Source: Bacillota bacterium (GTDB lineage: Bacteria; Bacillota; Clostridia; Saccharofermentanales; Fastidiosipilaceae). From it: a stretch of 64,000 nt of DNA. Both the position numbers and the translations under genes were made by a program. The stretch covers positions 2,522-66,521 of the forward strand of contig JAEZWR010000036.1 in the NCBI GenBank assembly GCA_023420115.1, read 5' to 3'. Each line of letters starts with the position of its first letter. Position 1 is the first letter of the stretch. This document shows positions 57,626-64,000 of the stretch, one piece after another. The notes beneath the pieces are model-generated. The model was not told the DNA's origin. It worked only from the letters and a program-made list of their open reading frames with translations, and did not search any database.

Positions 57626-58387
57626 ATGAATACTGATATGTATACAAAGTCAAAAAGAAACTCAGTACCTGCAATTCATGTAGAGGATATGACCATGTCC
57701 TATAGAGAACAGCCTGTATTGTGGGATTTGGATTTGGATATTCCTCAGGGTGTAATGCTGGCAATTGTCGGTCCAAATGGGGCAGGAAAATCGACATTAA
57801 TAAAGGGGATAATGGATTTATTGCCAAGGCTATCTGGTCAGATAGATATTTTTGGTATGCCTTTATCTAAGGTGCGCAAGGAGATTGCTTATGTGCCTCA
57901 AATTGGAGAAGTCAACTGGGATTTTCCAACTACAGTTTTTGATGTGGTTCAGATGGGAAGATATCCAGACTTAGGTTTATTTAAACGCTTGAGAAAGGAT
58001 GATAAGAAAAAGGCAGAAGAAGCACTTGAAATTATGGGCTTACATGATATGAAGAATAGACAAATATCAGAATTATCTGGGGGGCAGAGGCAGCGTGCTT
58101 TTCTTGCTAGAGCCCTGTGTCAAGAAGCCAAATTATATATACTTGATGAACCTCTTCAAGGAGTTGATAAAAAGACTGAGAAATTGATAATGGAGCAACT
58201 TTTTAAACTAAAAGAAGAGGGAAAGACAATAGTTGTTGTTCATCATGAACTGAATACAGTTAAAGAATATTTTGATCATGTTGTTATCATCAATAAGATT
58301 CTTGTTTCTGCAGGTCCAGTAGACGAAGTATTTACCGAAGAAAATATAAATAAGGCCTATGGTAGCAAAGTGAGTGTAAAAGAGTAA
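57626..58387 (+). CDS. metal ABC transporter ATP-binding protein (TroB/MntB/ZnuC-like)
   Basis: Walker A GPNGAGKSTL, signature LSGGQRQR, Walker B LYILDEP. Confidence 0.9.
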   Translation: MNTDMYTKSKRNSVPAIHVEDMTMSYREQPVLWDLDLDIPQGVMLAIVGPNGAGKSTLIKGIMDLLPRLSGQIDIFGMPLSKVRKEIAYVPQIGEVNWDFPTTVFDVVQMGRYPDLGLFKRLRKDDKKKAEEALEIMGLHDMKNRQISELSGGQRQRAFLARALCQEAKLYILDEPLQGVDKKTEKLIMEQLFKLKEEGKTIVVVHHELNTVKEYFDHVVIINKILVSAGPVDEVFTEENINKAYGSKVSVKE

Positions 58388-58405
58388 CGAAGGGGACAGA
58401 GAAGC

Positions 58406-59383
58406 GTGTTAAGTGTGAATTTATTAAACTCAATTCATTCTCAATGTATACTACTTCTCAGTAATTTGAGAGCAGGAGAGGAAAGTAAATTCTTATCTGT
58501 TTGGGGGCAGTATACATTTCAGATAGTTCTTATTGGAACTATATTTTTAGGCATTGCGGCTTCACTTCTTGGTACATTTAATGTTCTAAAGGGTCAGGCT
58601 CTTATAGGTGATGCGGTGGGACACTCAACTTACCCGGGAATTATTTTGGCCTATATGATTTTTCTATCGAGGAGTCCTTTGCTTCTTAGTTTAGGAGCAA
58701 GTATTGCTGGATTACTTGCGTATTATGTTGTTCATCTTATTGGTGAAAAATCAAGGTTGAGTTCTGATACTGCGATGGCTATAGTCTTATCGTCATTTTT
58801 TGCTTTTGGTTCTGTGCTTAATGCTCATATATCATCTTCTGAGCGTTATAAAAATTCAGCCCAGGCCGGTCTGAAAAATTATATTTTTGGACAAGCTGCC
58901 GATATGATGAAAATAGATGTAATTGTTATTATTGTAAGTTCGTGCTTGTGTATATTATTTGTTTTGGTCTGTTATAAAGAACTCAAGCTTACAGTCTTTG
59001 ATCCTGTGTTTACAAGGAGTATTGGTTTCAAACCACAAGTGTTCAATTATTTGATTTTGATATTTACACTTATTTTGATAGCTCAAGGGTTAAAGACAGT
59101 TGGAATTATTTTAATTTCGTCATTATTTATTGCACCTTGTATAGCCGCACAGCAGTGGACTTGTAAAATTTCTAGGGTTCTTTTACTTTCTGCTGTATTT
59201 GCTATTGTTTCAGCGCTTATCGGAGTGTGGGTTAGCTCTGCCGTTAATAGGGTTTCAACAGGACCATCTATTGTTATATGTTTGAGTCTTATTGTCTTTG
59301 TTTCTAGTATTTTTGGTAGTAGATCATCTATATTTACTTTGCTTAAGCAAAGATGTTATAGAAAAGAGGGGAATGGCAAGTAA
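58406..59383 (+). CDS. metal ABC transporter permease (ABC-3 family, TroC-like)
   Basis: ABC-3 motif IGDAVGHSTYPGI. Multi-TM. GTG start as in the ORF track. Confidence 0.85.
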   Translation: MLSVNLLNSIHSQCILLLSNLRAGEESKFLSVWGQYTFQIVLIGTIFLGIAASLLGTFNVLKGQALIGDAVGHSTYPGIILAYMIFLSRSPLLLSLGASIAGLLAYYVVHLIGEKSRLSSDTAMAIVLSSFFAFGSVLNAHISSSERYKNSAQAGLKNYIFGQAADMMKIDVIVIIVSSCLCILFVLVCYKELKLTVFDPVFTRSIGFKPQVFNYLILIFTLILIAQGLKTVGIILISSLFIAPCIAAQQWTCKISRVLLLSAVFAIVSALIGVWVSSAVNRVSTGPSIVICLSLIVFVSSIFGSRSSIFTLLKQRCYRKEGNGK

Positions 59384-60515
59384 CATGTTCTATATTATTG
59401 AAATAGTTTTAATAATGGTTTTTACGAGTGTTGCCTGTGCTCTTCCTGGAGTCTATTTGGTTTTGCGAAAATGGTCAATGATGGGAGATGCAATATCTCA
59501 TTCTGTATTACTTGGAATTGTCCTTGCATATTTATTGTATAGAGATTTGAACTCGCCATATCTTTTAATTGGAGCTAGTATATTTGCACTGGTTTCCGTT
59601 TACTGCGTAGAACTACTTTCTAAAATTAGTAGAGCCAAAATGGACTCGGCGCTAGGTATAACATTTACATTTTTTTTCTCGGTGGCAGTTATCATCGTTT
59701 CTAGATTTCTATCTAATAGCCATATCGATATTGATATGGTTTTACTTGGAGAAGTCGCTTTTGCACCATTGAGAAGGATAACAGTATGGGGAATTTCTTT
59801 ACCATATTCTCTAATTCAAATGGCAGTTATATGTATATTAAATTGTTTGATTATTGTTTTTTTACATAGAGGCTTAAAAGTTAGCAGTTTTGATCAGAAC
59901 TTCGCCAGAGTAGCTGGTTTTAGTTTGATATTTTTCCAAATTGTATTGATGACAATGGTGTCGTTTAGCACAGTTGCAGCTTTTGATGCCGTCGGAGCTG
60001 TGTTAGTTGTTTCATTTCTCGTCACTCCAGCAGCAACTGCTTACTTTTTTACGGATAGATTATCAATGATGATGCTGCTAACAGCCATAATTGCAATCTT
60101 TACTTCTATATTGGGGTCAATTTTGGCATTGAGATTTAATGTGCCTTATTCTGGGGCGGTTGCTAGCGTGGCTGGTGTATTATTTTTCCTAGCTTTTTGT
60201 TTCAATAGGAGAGGACTTTTATATTCAGTACTTTCTAGGCGCAGGTTGAAGAAGCAATTTCAGTCAGATTTACTTATTCTCCATTTATACAATCATAGGG
60301 AGGAGAGTGATCCTAATTTTCTAAGTGAGCTTGGTCAACATTCTATTCTAAGACATCTTAATTGGACCGCTGCTAAGCTTAAGACTTATAAGGATAGACT
60401 GATAAAAGAGGGTTTAGTTGAGATTGATAGTGATAATCACATTTTTTATTTAACTGACATGGGGATGCAATACGCTGAAAAGATAAGAAAAGAATATGGC
60501 TTGGATATAATTTAA
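59373..60515 (+). CDS. metal ABC transporter permease (ABC-3, TroD-like) fused to a C-terminal winged-helix (DtxR/MarR-like) domain
   Basis: ABC-3 motif MGDAISHSVLLGI. The last ~95 aa are soluble and match a wHTH pattern. ATG at 59373 overlaps the previous gene by 11 nt. Confidence 0.8.
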   Translation: MASNMFYIIEIVLIMVFTSVACALPGVYLVLRKWSMMGDAISHSVLLGIVLAYLLYRDLNSPYLLIGASIFALVSVYCVELLSKISRAKMDSALGITFTFFFSVAVIIVSRFLSNSHIDIDMVLLGEVAFAPLRRITVWGISLPYSLIQMAVICILNCLIIVFLHRGLKVSSFDQNFARVAGFSLIFFQIVLMTMVSFSTVAAFDAVGAVLVVSFLVTPAATAYFFTDRLSMMMLLTAIIAIFTSILGSILALRFNVPYSGAVASVAGVLFFLAFCFNRRGLLYSVLSRRRLKKQFQSDLLILHLYNHREESDPNFLSELGQHSILRHLNWTAAKLKTYKDRLIKEGLVEIDSDNHIFYLTDMGMQYAEKIRKEYGLDII

Positions 60516-60548
60516 ACTGCTTTATTTGGTCTTTAAATGCTTTCTGAG

Positions 60549-60564
60549 TTGGCGGAAGCTTTTT
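60549..60564 (+). repeat. 16-mer TTGGCGGAAGCTTTTT, copy 2 (3-prime arm of a terminator-like hairpin)
   Basis: gctttc / ggaagc stem followed by tttttt, after the metal ABC operon. Confidence 0.7.
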
Positions 60565-60637
60565 TATATATTCCTATTGGTAGAAAGACAGGAAACACCA
60601 TTTATGGTAGAATATTACGATATTCAGGAGGTGTTCT

Positions 60638-63505
60638 ATGGCACAGGATGAGCGAAGTTTGGAAATTAATAATGACAATATAAATGTTGATGACTTGTTT
60701 GCTCAAAATGTTAACAATGTTGTTCCCGTCGATTTGGATAAGGAAATGAGGCATTCATTTATCGATTATGCGATGAGTGTTATCGCTGACAGAGCCTTGC
60801 CAGATGCAAGAGATGGTCTCAAACCTGTTCATAGAAGGATTCTCTATTCAATGTATACTCAGGGCTTTACCCCTGACAAACCTTATCGTAAATGTGCTAC
60901 CACTGTAGGTGATGTTCTCGGTCGTTTCCATCCTCATGGTGATGCGGCTGTTTATGATGCTTTGGTTCGACTTGCACAAGATTTTTCTATGCGAGTTCCA
61001 CTTGTAGATGGACATGGAAACTTTGGTTCGAGAGATGGAGATGCGGCTGCTGCTTATCGTTATACTGAAGCTAGACTTACTAAAATGGCTTTGGAAATGA
61101 TGGCTGACATTAATAAACAGACTGTTGATTTTAGGCCGAACTTCGATGAACATGAGATGGAGCCAGTTGTGCTACCAACTCATTATCCTAACTTGCTTGT
61201 AAATGGTTCGACTGGTATAGCTGTAGGTATGGCAACCTCTATACCGCCACATAATCTTGGGGAAACTATTAATGGTGCGATTCATCTGATGAAGAATCCT
61301 GATGCTGACGTCGAAGAACTTATGCAATTTATCAAAGGACCTGATTTTCCCACAGCTGGAACAATTTTAGGTCTGAGCGGTATAAGAGAATGTTATAAGA
61401 CAGGTAAGGGGAGGATCGTTGTTAGAGCAAAGGCTGAAATCGAAGCCATGTCCGCCAATCGCCAAAGAATTATAGTACATGATCTTCCATATATGGTCAA
61501 TAAGGCCAATCTACTTGAAAAGATATCAGATCAGGTCAAGGCAAAAAAGATAGAAGGAATATCTCATATTAGAGATGAATCCGACCGAAAAGAAGCTGTA
61601 CGAATAGTTATAGAGTTAAAAAAAGACGCCAATGCAAATTTAACTCTTAATCAATTGTATAAATATACACAAATGCAGGATGCTTTTAATGCTAATTTAC
61701 TTGCACTTGTTGAGGAAAAGGGTGTATATGTACCTAAGACACTTAATTTAAAAGAAATACTTAACTGTTATGTTAATCATCAGAAAAGTGTTTTCACTAG
61801 AAAGACAAAATTTGATTTAGAAAAAGCACTCGCGCGTAAACATATTGTCGAAGGTCTGAGAAAGGCAATTGATATTATCGACGAAGTCATAAATACCATT
61901 AGAGCATCAAAAACAGAACAGATTGCCAAAGAGAGACTCTGTGAGCTTTTTGACTTCTCCGAAAGGCAGGCGCAACATATTGTTGATATGAGACTCGGAA
62001 GATTAACGGGTCTTGAACGTGAAAAGTTAGAGGCTGAATTTAATCAATTAATTGAAAGAATCGATTACTACGAAAAGATACTCGCAGATGAAAATATTTT
62101 AATTGATGAGATAGTCAAAGAATTAGTTGCGATTCGAGATAGTTATGCCGATGAAAGAAGAACAGAAATAGATCCATTTGGTGTTGACGGTATTGCAGAT
62201 GAAAGTTTGATTAAACGTGAGGAAGTAGTAATTACATTAACTCGTTTGGGATATGTTAAGAGAATTGCTCTGGACACTTATCAAATGCAGCATCGTGGAG
62301 GGCGTGGAATTTCTGGAATGAGCACCAAAGACGAGGATATTGTAGAATCTCTTCTAAGCTCATCTTCACACGATTTTATTTTATTTTTCACTAATACAGG
62401 GCGTGTTTTTAGAAAAAAAGCCTACGAGATACCAGAAGGAAGCAGACAGGCAAGAGGAATGGCAATAGTCAATCTCTTACAACTAGATGCCAATGAAAAA
62501 ATCATTTCATTGATTCCGGTTCGCGATTTTGAAGAAGATAAATTTTTGGTTCTTGCTACACGTAATGGAAGTATCAAAAAGACAGAACTGAGTGCATATA
62601 AGAATATTAATAATTCTGGTTTGATTGCCATTAATTTAAAAGAAAATGATCAGCTGGTTAATGCAGCTCTTTCTGATGCTTCGGGAGATTATTTGATCGT
62701 TACAAGAAATGGTAAAGGTATAAGATTTAGCAGTTCTGATGTAAGGTCTACAGGAAGAAATACTTCTGGCGTAAGATCTATTAAACTAAGTGAAGATGAT
62801 GAAGTTATTTCTTTCATTCTTGTTGATGACAGTAGATCAGTATTTATTGTTACAGAGAATGGTTATGGTAAGAGGACAAGCTTTGAAGAGTTTAGAGCTC
62901 AAGGAAGAGCTGGTAAGGGAATAATAGCTTATAAGTGCACAGAAAAGACTGGTAAGCTAGTAGCTGCTGCCACAGTTTCAGAAGATGAGGATATAATTTT
63001 AATTAATAATGCTGGTGTCATTATTAGAATCGCAGCAGATGAGGTTACTGAGATTGGAAGAGCAACTCAGGGCGTCCATGTTATGCGTTGCACAGATTCA
63101 GTAAAATTGGTTGACATTGCAGTTGTTAAGAGAGAAGCAGAAAAAGAAGAACAAGAACAAGAAATTGATGATCTAGATTCTTCTACATCGAATGAAAAGG
63201 TTGGAGTAAAATTTGCTTCAGAATCATTTGATAAATCCACTCTTATTTCCCAAAATGATATAGATACAGATATAGCTACAGAAGTAAATCCTGAGTCTAG
63301 TTCTTACACGAATGGGGAGGATGCGACTGGCAAGATAATGGATAGCGAAGAAAATAGAAAGAAGATTGATAAATTTATTTCACGTCTTGAATCGGATGTA
63401 AACGATGAGGAGTTTGAAGAGGATTGGACAGAAGAAAAGGATGCTGAGAAAAGACGGAAACGTAAAGAAGAAAAAATGAATCAAAGTGAAGATGATGAAG
63501 AATAA
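60638..63505 (+). CDS. gyrA: DNA gyrase subunit A (type IIA topoisomerase A subunit with GyrA box)
   Basis: [22 protein letters not shown], active-site [11 protein letters not shown] and GyrA-box-like [19 protein letters not shown]. Acidic C-terminal tail of ~130 aa. Confidence 0.85.
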   Translation: MAQDERSLEINNDNINVDDLFAQNVNNVVPVDLDKEMRHSFIDYAMSVIADRALPDARDGLKPVHRRILYSMYTQGFTPDKPYRKCATTVGDVLGRFHPHGDAAVYDALVRLAQDFSMRVPLVDGHGNFGSRDGDAAAAYRYTEARLTKMALEMMADINKQTVDFRPNFDEHEMEPVVLPTHYPNLLVNGSTGIAVGMATSIPPHNLGETINGAIHLMKNPDADVEELMQFIKGPDFPTAGTILGLSGIRECYKTGKGRIVVRAKAEIEAMSANRQRIIVHDLPYMVNKANLLEKISDQVKAKKIEGISHIRDESDRKEAVRIVIELKKDANANLTLNQLYKYTQMQDAFNANLLALVEEKGVYVPKTLNLKEILNCYVNHQKSVFTRKTKFDLEKALARKHIVEGLRKAIDIIDEVINTIRASKTEQIAKERLCELFDFSERQAQHIVDMRLGRLTGLEREKLEAEFNQLIERIDYYEKILADENILIDEIVKELVAIRDSYADERRTEIDPFGVDGIADESLIKREEVVITLTRLGYVKRIALDTYQMQHRGGRGISGMSTKDEDIVESLLSSSSHDFILFFTNTGRVFRKKAYEIPEGSRQARGMAIVNLLQLDANEKIISLIPVRDFEEDKFLVLATRNGSIKKTELSAYKNINNSGLIAINLKENDQLVNAALSDASGDYLIVTRNGKGIRFSSSDVRSTGRNTSGVRSIKLSEDDEVISFILVDDSRSVFIVTENGYGKRTSFEEFRAQGRAGKGIIAYKCTEKTGKLVAAATVSEDEDIILINNAGVIIRIAADEVTEIGRATQGVHVMRCTDSVKLVDIAVVKREAEKEEQEQEIDDLDSSTSNEKVGVKFASESFDKSTLISQNDIDTDIATEVNPESSSYTNGEDATGKIMDSEENRKKIDKFISRLESDVNDEEFEEDWTEEKDAEKRRKRKEEKMNQSEDDEE

Positions 63506-63541
63506 TCATTTTAATATTTCTAGATTTTCATTAGCTAGAAG

Positions 63542-63571
63542 AAAAGGTGGAGTATACTCCACCTTTTTTTG
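63542..63571 (+). terminator. intrinsic terminator after gyrA
   Basis: ggtggagta / tactccacc stem followed by ttttttt. Confidence 0.8.
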
Positions 63572-63591
63572 TCTGTTATTAAATAAAAACA

Positions 63592-63623
63592 ATAAAAAAA
63601 ACCACTTCCCCAAGAGAAGTGGT
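63592..63623 (-). terminator. intrinsic terminator for the convergent right-edge gene
   Basis: accacttc / gaagtggt stem with an A-run on the + strand, which is a U-tract on the - strand. Confidence 0.6.
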
Positions 63624-63759
63624 AAAACAAATTTTTAAGAGAGAATCTTAAGGAACTGAACTTATCTCCTTAAGACGTTGCTACTGTACCTCTGTCTATT
63701 TGGTTTGTCAACACTTTTTTTATTTATTCACAATTTTAAATAGTATAGCAATAGTTGGG

Positions 63760-64000
63760 TTATAAATTTAGCTTAGCGAAACGACCACGAAGTTCAATAG
63801 GGGGAGTCTGTAGATTTTTGTTAAGATGTGGACAAAAATCAGTTGCAATTAGATTTGTAGTTCCGGATTTATCAATGATTAATTCATTTATTGAAGAATT
63901 AGCTACTAGGAAACGGTCGAAAGATAATTCATCCTTGCCTTCTGCGAAACCAATAGCAGTTGAAATAAAGAATCCGTGACTGACAACTGCGATTGTTCGT
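63760..64000 (-). CDS. histidine phosphatase (phosphoglycerate mutase-like) family protein, C-terminal part only (continues beyond the window)
   Basis: Hand translation of the - strand: RTIAVVSHGFFISTAIGFAEGKDELSFDRFLVANSSINELIIDKSGTTNLIATDFCPHL...*. The VVSHG motif fits the family. Replaces the + strand ORF 63755-63979. Confidence 0.45.
   Translation of the reverse strand, partial: RTIAVVSHGFFISTAIGFAEGKDELSFDRFLVANSSINELIIDKSGTTNLIATDFCPHLNKNLQTPPIELRGRFAKLNL

Noticed and set aside
63755-63979. 74-aa + strand ORF at the right edge
   Set aside because: The opposite strand gives an open frame running to the window edge with a histidine-phosphatase-like VVSHG motif and a downstream terminator. 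The + strand ORF is the shadow.
1-64000. CRISPR arrays, rRNA/tRNA genes, intact transposases/integrases, toxin-antitoxin or restriction-modification modules
   Set aside because: Scanning intergenic regions by eye found no regularly spaced direct repeats and no tRNA-like T-arm (GGTTCGAAT-type) outside coding sequence. No ORF has motifs of these families.

Overview
AT-rich chromosomal segment from a Firmicutes/Clostridia-like anaerobe (pyruvate formate-lyase, nitroreductase, Rrf2, ComEC, YsxC, B. subtilis-type SpeA). About 45 genes, mostly core or carbohydrate metabolism. I found no rRNA, tRNA, CRISPR array, intact transposase/integrase or recognisable defence system. Main blocks: (1) 1.2-14.1 kb, a peptidoglycan amino-sugar (MurNAc/GlcNAc) salvage island: LplABC-type ABC importer, MurR/RpiR regulator, NagZ-like GH3, BadF-type kinase, MurQ, DUF1343/NamZ-like enzyme and a second large GH3. 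(2) 14.3-20.4 kb: NCS2 purine permease, nitroreductase, an orphan hypothetical plus a cytoplasmic Cys-type sulfatase, and a DUF3048 protein. (3) 20.6-27.1 kb, a five-gene polyamine cluster combining speA/speE/speB-like genes with carboxy(nor)spermidine dehydrogenase/decarboxylase. (4) 27.4-40 kb housekeeping: split ChrA pair, engB, comEC, Rrf2, asnS, SEC-C protein, holA, nagA, malQ. (5) 40.2-44.8 kb: mglBAC, with an MglC carrying a ~205-aa N-terminal extension. (6) 45-52.7 kb: yaaA, thioredoxin-like protein, pflA-pflB, maa, and a serine-palmitoyltransferase-like alpha-oxoamine synthase. (7) 52.7-54.4 kb: a gene-poor, apparently decayed patch with two tiny ORFs and a GC-richer pseudogene-like fragment. 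(8) 54.4-63.5 kb: orphan solute-binding protein, a Tro/Mnt-type metal ABC operon whose last permease is fused to a winged-helix domain, and gyrA without gyrB. (9) A partial histidine-phosphatase gene at the right edge. I see no single obvious novel system. The best candidates are the cytoplasmic muropeptide-sugar pathway, the hybrid polyamine cluster, the permease-wHTH fusion, the extended MglC, the SPT-like enzyme, several perfect operator-like palindromes, and a recurring 15-18-nt GC-rich word. All functional calls come from motif recognition by eye; no searches were run.
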